From Octopus sinensis (taxonomy: Eukaryota), in the NCBI RefSeq assembly GCF_006345805.1, contig NC_043013.1:42346001-42410000 (forward strand): a stretch of DNA of 64,000 nt, given 5' to 3'. Position 1 is the stretch's first letter. The number at the start of each line of letters is the position of its first letter. The translations under genes were made by a program, and so were the position numbers. The notes beneath the pieces are model-generated. The model saw nothing but the letters and a program-made list of their open reading frames with translations, did no database searches and was not told the origin of the DNA. Positions 12,729 to 24,207 of the stretch are shown here, in pieces.

Positions 12729-13436
12729 TGTATGTATGTATGTATGTATGTATGTGTGTGTATATGTTTGTGTGTCTGTGTTTGTCCCACCAACATCGCT
12801 TGACAACCGATGCTGGTGTGTTTACGTCCCCGTAACTTAGCGGTTCGGCAAAAAAGACCGATAGAATAAATACTAGGCTTACAAAGAATAAGTCTTGGGG
12901 TCGATTTGCTCGACTAAAAGGCGATGCTCCAGCATGGCCGCAGTCACATGACTGAAACAAGTAAAAGAGAGTAAAAAAGACGAGAGAATACTGCCGCACA
13001 TTCATTCCTTTTAACTTGAAATATAAAGCAAACATATAAACTAAGTCAGTTTTCAACTTCTTTAAGTTATCTCGCATGTAAACATCATTGTTTCCTAAGA
13101 ATTCCTAAATGTGTCTCAAGAAAACTTGTAAAATAAGACAAGTGTCGTTCTATAAACAACCAGCAAACTTCTGCGTGGCGTATTTCAACACTCGATTAAA
13201 TTTTTTTTCGTATTTTTATTCCGTCTATCATTCTTCTACTTCTGTTAATTATTTGACTATGGCCCTGATCGTCGCTTTCACTGCTTTGAATGGTTTTAGT
13301 CGAACAAATCGACCCCACTGCTTATTTTTAAGTCTGGTACATATTTTATCGGTCTCTTTTTACCGAAGTGTTGAGTTACGGGAATGTAAAGAAACCGTCA
13401 CCGGTTGTCGAGCGGTGGATGGAAGACAAATTGGTT

Positions 13437-13737
13437 GGTACTCCGTCGATCACGACGATGAGTGTTCCAGTTGATCCGGTCACCGGAACAACCCGCGCGT
13501 GAAAGTAACGTGCAAGTGGCTGAGTACTCCACATACATACGTGCCCTTAACGTAGTTCTTGGGGGAGGTTCAGCGTGAAACAAAATGCGACAAGGCTGGG
13601 TCTTGAATTATTGTTCATTCTGGCCAGCCGAGTGGACTGCAGCAACGTCTTGCTCAAGGATACAACACGCTGCCGGGAATCGAACTCACGACCTTACGAT
13701 TGAGAGCCGAATATCACTAACTGCTAAACCACGCGCT
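13437..13737 (-). mobile_element. tRNA-derived SINE family S3
   Basis: Minus-strand head GCGCGTGGTTTAGCAGTTAG...GTGAGTTCGATTCCCGG and CORE-like TCCTTGAGCAAGAC. Other copies: ~2010-2140, 2810-3030, 23873-24260, 24493-24855, 33752-34131, 38850-39168, 50650-50990. Confidence 0.8.
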
Positions 13738-14179
13738 GTCAGGGCAAATGCAAATACGCGCATACATACATACATACATACATACATACATACATACACA
13801 CATACATACGTATATATATATATATATATACTGTTTGTATATATATAATATATAATAATATATTATAATATATGTATGTATGTATTTATGTATGTATGTA
13901 TGTATTTATTATGTATGATGTATTTTATATATATACCGAGCTTCCATATAGTTTCCGTCTACCAAATCCATTCACACACCGTTAGTTGGCCCGAGACTAT
14001 ATAGTAAAAGACACTTGCTCGAGGTGCTGTGGAGTGGAATTGAACCTGAAACCGCGTGGTTGCGAAGCAAGGTTTTTAACCACACAGGCAATGTTGTTCT
14101 GAATAATCTGTCAAGTGAGAGAATAATTGTTTCTGATTTTATTTGCTGAAATGACGTATTGCCGTAACGCATTTCCCTT

Positions 14180-14192
14180 AAGAAAGAAAGAT

Positions 14193-14246
<54 letters not shown>

Positions 14247-14270
14247 GAAGGAAGAAAGAAAGAAGAGGAA

Positions 14271-14309
<39 letters not shown>

Positions 14310-14344
14310 GAAGAAAGAAAGAGGGATGGAAAGAAAAGAAGGAA

Positions 14345-14382
<38 letters not shown>

Positions 14383-14819
14383 GAGGAAGAAAAAAGAAAG
14401 AAAGAAAGAAAGAAAGAAAGGGAGGAAAAGAGGGATGGAATAAAAAAAGGAAGGAAGGAAGAAAGAAAGAAAGAAAGAGAGAAAGGGAGGAAGAAAAAAG
14501 AAAGAAAGAAAGAAAGAAAGAAAGGGAGAAGAAAGAACTAAGAAAGAAAGAAGAAAGAAAGAAAAGAAAGAAAGAAGAAAGGGAGGAAAAAGAAAAGGAA
14601 GAAAGAAGAAGAAAGAAAGAGAGGAAGGAAGAAAGAAAGAAAGAAAGAAAGAGAGGAAGAAAAAAGAAAGAAAGAAAGAAAGAAAGGGAGGAAGAAAAAA
14701 GAAAGAAAGAAAGAAAGAAAGAAAGGGAGAAAGAAAGAAATAAAGAAAGAAAGAAAGAAAGAAAGAAAGAAGAGGAAAAGAAAGAAAGAAAGAAAGAAAG
14801 AAAGAGGGATGGAAAGAAA

Positions 14820-14852
<33 letters not shown>

Positions 14853-14921
14853 GAGGAAGAAAGAAAGAAAGAATGAAAGAAAGAAAGAAAGAATGAAAGA
14901 AAGAAAGAAAGAAAGAAAGGG

Positions 14922-14952
<31 letters not shown>

Positions 14953-15068
14953 TGGAAGGAAGGAAGGGAGGAAGAAAGAAGAAAGAAAGAAAGAAAGAAA
15001 GAAAGAATGGAAGGAAGGAAGGAAGAAAGAAAGAAAGAAAAAAAGAAAGAAAGAGGGATGGAAAGAAA

Positions 15069-15109
<41 letters not shown>

Positions 15110-15452
15110 GGAGGAAGAAAGAAAGAAAGAAGAATAAAAAGAAGAAAGAAGAAGAAGGGAGGAAGAAAGAAAGAAAGAAAGAAATAGAGGGATGGAAAGA
15201 AAGGAAGAAAGAAAGAAAGAAAGAGGAGGAAGAAGAAAGAAAGAAAGAATGAAAGAAAGAAAGAAGAAAGAAAGAAGAAAGGGAGAAGAAAGAAAGAAGA
15301 AAGAAAGGGATGGAAAAAGGAAGAAAGAAAGAAAGAAAGAATGGAAGGAAGGAAGGAAGAAAGAAAGAAAAAGAAAGAAGAACAAATGAAGAAGGAAAAA
15401 GAAAGAAGAAAAAAGACAGAAAGGAAGAAAGGAAGGAAGGAAGGAAGGAAGG

Positions 15453-15489
<37 letters not shown>

Positions 15490-15563
15490 GAAGGAAGGAA
15501 GGAAGGAAGGAAAAAAGATAGAAAGAAAGAGAGAAAGAAAGAAAGAAAGAATGAGAGAGAGAG

Positions 15564-15601
<38 letters not shown>

Positions 15602-15880
15602 GAAGGAAAGAAGGAAGGAAGGAAGGAAAGCAGGCAGGCAGGCTGGCAGGAAGGAAGGAAGGAAGGAAGGAAGGAAAAAAGATAGAAAGAAAGAAAGAGA
15701 GAAAGAAAGAAGAAAAAGAGAAGAGGAGAGAGAAAGAAAGAAAGAAAGAAAGAAGAAAGGAAGGAAAGAAGGAAGGAAGGGGAAGGTAGAGGCAGGCAGG
15801 AAGGAAGGAAGAAGGAAGGAAGAAGGAAGGAAAAAATAGAAAAAGAAAGAGAAAGAAAAGAAGAAAGAAAGAAAGAAAGC
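14180..15880. repeat. 1.7-kb polypurine (GAAA/GGAA)n compound microsatellite
   Basis: The + strand is almost entirely A/G. It produces the spurious 450-650 aa F/S/L-rich minus-strand ORFs and shorter K/E/R-rich plus-strand ORFs. Confidence 0.97.
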
Positions 15881-16373
15881 ATCTCTTCTGCAAGAATTAT
15901 CGATTCTCCTTTTAAATTTGTTACCAAAGTCTAGCAAATAATAAACTCTTGTTTTTTTTTTGTCTCTGTGTGTTTTTCTCCCTTTATAACCGAACATAAA
16001 CTAACATTAAAGTCTCGAATGAGTTCTTAATGCTAGTTTATGTTCCTAGAGTTGCTTCATATAGTTGTAACAAAAAATTAGGCAGGCCTTAGAAAAAAAT
16101 TGGATCTTTGGTTATTTCGTCTATTCGACATTGTATTGTATTATTCCTCAAAGGAATTTTATTGATTATTTCAGTTGCTGAGTTTGTATAACAAGCTATG
16201 TAGAACCTCACCAACAGCTACTAGGATCAATTCTTCATCAATACTATGTGGTTTTCTGATCTGGAAGAGTAGGTATGAAAAATTGTAAGAGGTACATAAC
16301 TCCTCATTTTCATGCATTTTGTTGAAACGTCGGTCGTCTGCAAATTTGAATTGCAAAATCCTGAATTGCTTTA

Positions 16374-16473
16374 NNNNNNNNNNNNNNNNNNNNNNNNNNN
16401 NNNNNNNNNNNNNNNNNNNNNNNNNNNNNNNNNNNNNNNNNNNNNNNNNNNNNNNNNNNNNNNNNNNNNNNNN
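16374..16473. other. assembly gap (100 N) with duplicated flanks
   Basis: ~15790-16373 recurs almost identically at ~16675-17265. Confidence 0.95.
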
Positions 16474-16730
16474 CGAGGCAGGCGGCAGGAAGGAAGGAAG
16501 GAAGGAAGAAGGAAAAAAAAAAAGATAGAAAGAAGAAATAGAGAAAGAGAAAGAAAGAAACGAATGAGAGAGAGAGAGAGAAAGAAGAAAAGAAAGAAGA
16601 AAGAAAGAAAGGAAGGAAAGAAGAGAAGGAAGGAAGGAAGGAAAAAAGAAGGAGGGAAAAGGAAGGAAGGAAGGTAGGCAGGCAGGCAGGAAGGAAGGAA
16701 GGAAGGAAGGAAGGAAGGAAAAAAAAAGAT

Positions 16731-16768
<38 letters not shown>

Positions 16769-17276
16769 CATCTCTTCTGCAAGAATTATCGATTCTCCTT
16801 TTAGAATTTGTTACCAAATGTCTAGCAAATAATAAACTCTTATGTTTTTTTTTTGTCTCTGTGTGTTTTTTCTCCCTTTATAACCGAACATAAACTAACA
16901 TTAAAGTCTCGAATGAGTTCTTAATGCTAGTTTATGTTCCTAGAGTTGCTTCATATAGTTGTAACAAAAATTAGGCAGGCCTTAGAAAAAAATTGGATCT
17001 TTGGTTATTTCGTCTATTCGACATTGTATTGTATTATTCCTCAAAGGAATTTTATTGATTATTTCAGTTGCTGAGTTTGTATAACAAGCTATGTAGAACC
17101 TCACCAACAGCTACTAGGATCAATTCTTCATCAATACTATGTGGTTTTCTGATCTGGAAGAGTAGGTATGAAAAATTGTAAGAGGTACATAACTCCTCAT
17201 TTTCATGCATTTTGTTGAAACGTCGGTCGTCTGCAAATTTGAATTGCAAAATCCTGAATTGCTTTAAAGCAAAATA

Positions 17277-17449
17277 CCGTATTTGATGGCATTCAAGACA
17301 CTTTTTCCTTCAAAAAACGCTTCAAAAAATTACCTCGGTTCCTGTATGCAAAGTTGGGCCTATATTACATAACTTAATGTACTAAAAACACTTTTTCTCC
17401 TGAATACGCGCTGCTGAAATTGGAGTGTCTTTTATGCCATCAAAGGCAG
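17277..17449. mobile_element. MITE, Tc1/pogo-like (TA flanks)
   Basis: Imperfect TIRs CCGTATTTGATGGCATTCAAGACAC / GTGTCTTTTATGCCATCAAAGGCAG. The internal motif AATTTCAGCAGYGCRTATTCA (minus strand here) recurs at ~48515 and ~59440. Confidence 0.65.
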
Positions 17450-18153
17450 TAATTCTCTATATCTTTTGTTAATTTTTCATTTGTATCAATCATTAGTCAG
17501 CGGCCATGTTGGAACACCGCTTTGAAGACTCTTTAGTCAAATACATCGGCCCTAGTACTTATTTTTTAAGCCTGGTACTTATTCTATCGATCTTTTTTGC
17601 CGAACCGCTAAGTTTTAGGACATAAACACAACACCAGTTGTGAAGCGGTGTTGGGGAACAAACATAGGCACACACACACACACACACACATACAAAACAC
17701 ACAAACACACAAACACATACACACATACGTTAAGCTTCTTTCAGTTTCCGTCTACCAAATCCACTCACAAGGCTTTGGTTGGCCCGAGGCTATAGTAGAA
17801 GACACTTACCCAAAGTGCCACGCAGTGGGACTGAACTCAGAACCATGTGGTTGGGAAGCAAGCTACTTACCACGCACACCGACGCCGACGCCAATATGAA
17901 TTATTTCCAGGTGCTTTTCTAATCCTGAATGTTTCTTAGATTTATTGGAAATCACTTCTTGGCAAATCAAAATCATTTTTAATGCTTTGTGTGGGACTGA
18001 TGCAATAAACTCATTTCTTAAAATATTTGATACCGCACTGTCGATATTTCTTATTTGATCCTGCCGTTATGAGATCGTTGGTACCATCTATGAAATCGTT
18101 TTAGCCGATTCTGTATAAATAATGCATGTTTACTCCATCAAAATGGAAAACTG

Positions 18154-18586
18154 GGATCTTTTCGGTTTGAACGGCAGTTTTTTCTAGCGGTGTCATATGA
18201 AATTGTCACCCATAATTATGACCCTATTATCGATATTGCATTTCAATCTGTTTTAGAGTTAGGGTTAGGTTTAGGGTTAGGGTTAGGGGTGGGGGGATGG
18301 GTATCTTTTTTCTTCAGAAATGTAAATAAACCCAATATGTTTCTTAAACGAGGGACATATTCATACGGCACAGAATGTTTTCACCTCAATAGACGTCATT
18401 GATTGGTTGAAATTGCAGAAATTGAAGAAAAACAACAACAAATATCTTACAAACTATAGAATTTTCTCAGTAAAGCCAAGAGAAAAAGATGTTTTATAAA
18501 CACATTCTACCAGTATACGAAGTTTAAAAGTGTTTAGTTACGTGGAAATTATTTTTTAAAAACTGCCGTTCAAACCGAAAAGATCC
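18154..18586. mobile_element. TIR element with internal (TTAGGG)-like repeats, copy 1
   Basis: 29-bp TIR GGATCTTTTCGGTTTGAACGGCAGTTTTT. Flanks GAAAACTG / GCAAACTG. Confidence 0.9.
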
Positions 18587-20187
18587 GCAAACTGTTGTAG
18601 ATCATACATAAACATAATAATTACTAATTGCTAGAATTAAATATTGCCGCTGCAAAAACAGTGTCTTATTGATATTCATCGTTCTTGTTCACCTGCGTGG
18701 GGAGTTGTCCCGTTTGGTTTGCGTTATTCAGGGGTCTTTTTGGGGGTTTTTTTTTTACATTCGGCGTCTTAAAGAGACTTTTCCCTCTGATGCTAAACCC
18801 GCAGTTAATAAGCGCATAAGCAAAATACATGCATTAAGTATGTAACATTGATTATTTATGTATTTATGTACTATTAGAGTTGCTTATAATTCAAGTTTAA
18901 TATCGTATTACTTGCGTGGCGTTGTTGTACATAAGCAGATAGACTCTACACTATTTGCATATATATCTCAGATCAGTGTTCTAATTCGTCTCGAGGTCAT
19001 TCGAGTACATGATGCCTATGAGTAGCGAAAACTGTGAATTATCAATATCCATCGTTCTCGATCACGCACACAGCGAATTGCCTCGCCTGGTTTGAAGTAC
19101 TCGGTATTTTCTTAAAGGGACTTTTCCCCAGGACGCTATCGCACAGATAATGAGTATATAAACAAAACACATACAGTATGTGACATCGATAATGTTTACA
19201 TTATCAAAGTTGCTTATATTGAAATATATTCATTCAACTACGGCAGTAGTCGGATAATATTCTTAAGGCCGCAATTTACTCACACGCAGCACCTTTCAGA
19301 GCTTGTCGCCAATTCAGTTCTAAACCAAATTGAAAATTGTTAACATTTTTGAAGAGGACTGATTCCTAGCTACATTTTGGCATTAAAAAAATTGAGATTT
19401 AATCCAGTAGAAAAAAGTTAACATCAAAATTTGTAGTAACATTATAGGAGAGACGCCACCAATCAAGTTTAGATCCAAATAACTTTTTTTTGTTTTAAAA
19501 GCAAAATATATTATCTTAGCTTCAATGATAAAAGAAAGCATGAAGAATTTCATAGTTTTGTTCCCATGCAACAAAAATTTGTGACAAAAACGTTGTGAGG
19601 TAAAAATCATGAAAAAAAATAAGGCAAAATATTGGATTTAAATATAATTAACATTTTTATTTTAAAAGCAAACTATATTTTAATTAAGTTTAAATGATAG
19701 GGCTCAAATCGAGGAATTTCATGATATCAATCTCATGCAATGAAGTTTTAAAAGAAAAAAGTTATGAGTGTTTGTTTCTCAAATTTGAGGGTGATAATAT
19801 AACTCTATACTTTTTATGAATATAGTCCAAAAAGGAGACTTTCAATGTCTGTCACCGGCATCATTGACGTAAGGAAAAAAATAATCAACGACACCGCTAA
19901 TTGGCACATTTGACACATTATTAATTAGCATAATAGCACAGCCTGGAAAAATCGTGGATTACATGAAAAAATGCGAGCAAGAAAAATGCGAGCAAGAGAA
20001 ATAATATTCTTAAAATTACAGGACAAGTTATTACATCTGGTAAAGTACAGAACAAGAAAATTTTTACTTAAAATATTGCAGCTAAGGATAAAATTTGAAT
20101 ATTAAAAATTATTTGATTTTAATTTACAAGGTAATATTATAATAAAAATATTGACACACTAGAATACTTAAAAATAAGAGCCAGAAG

Positions 20188-20637
20188 GGATCTTTTCGGT
20201 TTGAACGGCAGTTTTTTCTTGCGGTGTCATATGAAATTGTCACCCATAATTATGACCCTAGAATCGATCTATTGCATTTCAATCTATTTTAGATTTAGGG
20301 TTAGAGTTAGGGTTAGTTAGGGTTAGGTTTAGGGTTAGGGATGGGGGAAGGGTATCTTTTTTTCTTCAGAAATGTAAGTAAACCCAATCTGTTTCTTAAA
20401 CGAGGGACATATTCATACGGCACAGAATGTTTTCACCTCAATAGACGTATTTGATTGGTTGAAATTGCAGAAATTGAAGAAAAAAAACAACAAATATCTT
20501 ACAAACTATAGAATTTTCTCAATAAAGCCAAGAGAAAAAGATGTTTTATAAACACATTCTACCAGTATACGAAGTTTAAAAGTGTTTAGTTACGTGGAAA
20601 TTATTTTAAAAAACTGCCGTTCAAACCGAAAAGATCC
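20188..20637. mobile_element. TIR element with internal (TTAGGG)-like repeats, copy 2
   Basis: Same TIRs and a highly similar body. Flanked by a ~26-bp direct repeat. Confidence 0.9.
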
Positions 20638-21572
20638 GAATACTTAAAAAATAAGAACCAGAAGTACCAATATAGCTAACGTTTTATGCAAAGTAGAATA
20701 GTATATATGACAGGCAAATTCGTTATGTAACAAATAGACATTGGGTCAAGACTAAAAATGTGAAGACTTGGCAATAACTCAAGAAATTTTACTGTGAATT
20801 TGTTGTTCTAGGTAGGTTTTACTGTAATATGTAACTAAATTTTGTATTATTCTATTTATTGTACTAATTATGTACTACTATTGTTTTTTATAACCTATTT
20901 TCAAATTTCTAATTATTAATTAATAATTAAAAAAATGAATTGCTTTAAAGTGCAAAAAAATATTTTAATTAAGATTAATTTTTATTTTTAATAGAAGTAA
21001 CAATAACGAACGGAAGTAATAACTAGTAATAAAACTTTTAGCTTTAATAAAAGCTAATATTTCCTAAATCAAAATATTTTATTTGAAATTTTATCCTTGG
21101 CTGCAATATTTTATATAAAAATTTTCTTGTTCTGTTTTTTACTAGATGTCCCGAACTTTTCCAAGTATAATAACTTGTCCTATAATTTTCCAGGTTTATA
21201 GTCTTAAGACTGCTCGCATTTTTCCATGTAATTAATAATTGCCTGGAGACAATTATTAGTAGGCGGTTGTCCGGGTGAGTGGATGCAGTTGTTCGGGTAG
21301 ATAGGAGCAGTTGTCCGAGAGAGTTGTGCTTGATAGCAGTTAACTTTGTTGAAAGTTGTACCGGATACACAAGGAGGACATTTGAATCCATTATGAACTG
21401 AGCTACTGAAATCAAAGTATCTTCGGCAGGGACACAATGTAAAACTAGTATCAGCACACGAACCATCGTCTGTCCGATTGGTTGGTATTCCCGCGCACTC
21501 TCGAGTGAGCCAACTTCGACAATGTTTATGTGTACGCATGTACGTGTGTGAGTGTATGTTGCGTGTGTGTAC

Positions 21573-21611
<39 letters not shown>

Positions 21612-21616
<5 letters not shown>

Positions 21617-21800
21617 AGAGTTTACGAAAAAAACAAAAGACGAAGACAGGTGGTGTACAAAACAAACAGATGTATTAGTATAACGCTCCGGAATAGAAAA
21701 AGTCTTTTACGTTTCGAACCTACGCTCTTCTACAGAAAGGGACACAGAAAAAACAAGGAGAGAAAAATGTGTGTAGTGGCTAACAATCTATCATGGCGAC
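21612..21800 (-). mobile_element. repeat family B copy within (TA)n, with minimal hammerhead-like motif (21704-21739)
   Basis: Minus strand reads CTTT-CTGTAGA-A-GAGC-GTAG-GTTC-GAAA-CG-TA-AAAG. (TA)n on both sides. Confidence 0.6.
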
Positions 21801-22818
21801 TGATATATATATATATATATTTAAATTTGTATGTGTGTGTGTATGGATATATATATAATGTACGTATGTGTGTAGATACATATACGTGCATATATATAAA
21901 CATATATGTGTGTGTGCGTGCGTGTGTTTGTGTATGTGTGTGTAGGTAGCTTGTCAGATGAATGGATGGAGAGAGAGAGAAGGAGAGAATTTCGTGTTTG
22001 TGTAAATGGAAGTGTGCATGTGTACAACACACGCACACACATACTGAGACACACATACAGGCACACAAACAAACACTTATGTATATATACATGCATGCGT
22101 ACATACATACACACCGACACGCACATACATACATACATACATACACACACATACATACATACATGCATACATACATACGTACGTACGTACATACATCCAT
22201 CCATCCATACATACATACATACATACATACATACATACATACATACATACACGCACACACACACACATACATACATACACCCACACACATACATACATAC
22301 ACACATACACACACACACACACATACACACATACATACATACATACATACATCGTCGCTGTTACTACGATAAAGTGAGATCACATGTCTATTCCTCCGAG
22401 AGAGAAACCAATCAAAGCGTTTCGTCCGTTCTTTTATAACTGTCTTTCAGTGACCAGCAGAGGACGTCAGACCTGCAGCTATAAACTGAAGATAACTAAC
22501 AGAAGCTTTACTATCTCGGAAACGGGCGTTAATAAATCTGACTATCATTGCTGGGTGAGATTTTACACCATCTCTAGTCTTAGTAGCCATAAAGTTAGGC
22601 CTTTCATCATGGCGCCAGGCAAAGAGAACCAGGGAGAATTGTATGTGTGTGTGCGTGTGTGTGTGTGCGTGTGTGTCTGCGCGTGCGCACGTTAGTGTAG
22701 AGCATCCGCACGCCTACATACACAGGCGAAACACATACAGGCCTAAAATTGCTTACATACGCAACCGCACTTATACATACATATACACACACTTGTATAT
22801 GTATTGAACATATATTTA

Positions 22819-22861
<43 letters not shown>

Positions 22862-23069
22862 CGCATACACACACACACGCATGTATATGTATGTATGTTT
22901 ATGTATATGTATATGCATGTATATATATCGTCGACCTTATACATTCACTAAGTACGTCCGTTGGCTTTTGTTGTTTTTGTTTTTCTTTTTGTTTTTATTT
23001 TTGATTTGCTTACATACATATATATACGTATGTCTGAGTAACAAGTATGTTTATATGTATGCCTGCATA

Positions 23070-23085
23070 GATAGACAGACAGACT

Positions 23086-23167
<82 letters not shown>

Positions 23168-23194
23168 CAGACATAGATAGATAGACAGATAGAC

Positions 23195-23248
<54 letters not shown>

Positions 23249-23294
23249 GTAGATAGATAGATAGATAGATAGATAGAGAGATAGATAGATAGAT

Positions 23295-23352
<58 letters not shown>
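23070..23352. repeat. (GATA)n microsatellite
   Basis: Visible tandem TAGA. A second tract lies at ~32610-32880. Confidence 0.97.
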
Positions 23353-23353
<1 letters not shown>

Positions 23354-23982
23354 CTTAATATGTACGTTTATGTGTATCCCTACATATAAGTCTGCATTTT
23401 CGTTAAACCGATTGTAAAATTGTCTGAAATGACTGAAGCAGACGATAAAAGTTTTTCAAAACGCTTTAATTTATTTGGAAGGAACCAAAACGACGACAAT
23501 CCCTCTTTTATTCAAAATAAAATAAAATGAAATAAAATAAATGAATAAATAAATAAAAATCGGAAGTAGGACGATGAGTTGACAGAAAGTTGATGTCGGA
23601 ATAAATGATTTACAGTTTCTAGCCTTGTACTTCTGTGATCTAGTGGTGGAGGTGATGGTACTGGTAGTGGTGGTGGCGGTGGGGGTTATGTGTTGCTGGT
23701 AATGGTAGTAGTGGTAGTATGATGATGGTGATGGGAAGAGGATGGGATGATGGCACGGAATAGGGAGGTGGGGTAGGGAACACATTGCTGGTAAGGGTGG
23801 TAGTGGTAAGGTGGCGGCGGCAACTGTGGTGGTGGTGGTGGTGGTGGTGGTGGTGGTGGTGGTTTTTTGGTATCGCTCCGTCGTTCGACGATGAGGGTTC
23901 AGTTGTTCGACCAACTGCTCATTGCCCGCTTATTGAACTAATGACGCGTTAGATGTGTCTGAGTATACCACAGACACGAGTA

Positions 23983-24207
23983 CAGTAAGCCCTCACCATA
24001 TCGCGGTTCATCTAACGCGGTTTATTATTTTAAGCTTACGCCCATTCCTCCGTGGTGTTGTTTCGCATTTATAATAAAATTAATATATACAGATTATGAA
24101 AATAATTTTTTAAAAATAGACTGTACAGTACTGTTTCCACTTCACGGATTTTCGCCTATCGCGGGGTGTTTTTGAACGTAACACCCGCGATAGTCGAGGG
24201 ATCACTG
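23983..24207. mobile_element. Tigger/pogo-like MITE inserted at TA inside an S3 SINE
   Basis: TIRs CAGTAAGCCCTCACCATATCGCGG / CCGCGATAGTCGAGGGATCACTG with TA on both sides. The flanks rejoin as CAGACACGAG-TA-CTCTTAACGTA, close to the S3 consensus. Confidence 0.85.

Larger units (their letters stand above)
11540..18055 (-). pseudogene. fragmented hAT (Buster/SCAND3/ZBED5-like) transposase relic
   Basis: Collinear minus-strand pieces: KKYRQ...ILICQEVISN...LEKHLE (BED-finger region, ~17895-18055); SYNFSYLLFQIRKPHSIDEELIL (17064-17249); [41 protein letters not shown] (~15890-16170); EFLGNNDVYMRDNLKKLKTDLVY (~12990-13110); DDVRVFCFHL and ELKTNEELSLKFKN (~11680-11905). Confidence 0.75.

Noticed and set aside
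13972-15997. Long ORFs of 651, 628 and 451 aa
   Set aside because: Stop-free translations of the GAAA microsatellite; only the ends derive from the hAT relic.
18255-18290. Interstitial telomere or chromosome fusion scar
   Set aside because: The TTAGGG-like run is internal to a TIR element present twice.
21044-21466. 140-aa ORF, possibly a Penelope endonuclease C-terminus
   Set aside because: Only a vague resemblance; no GIY/YIG motif visible.
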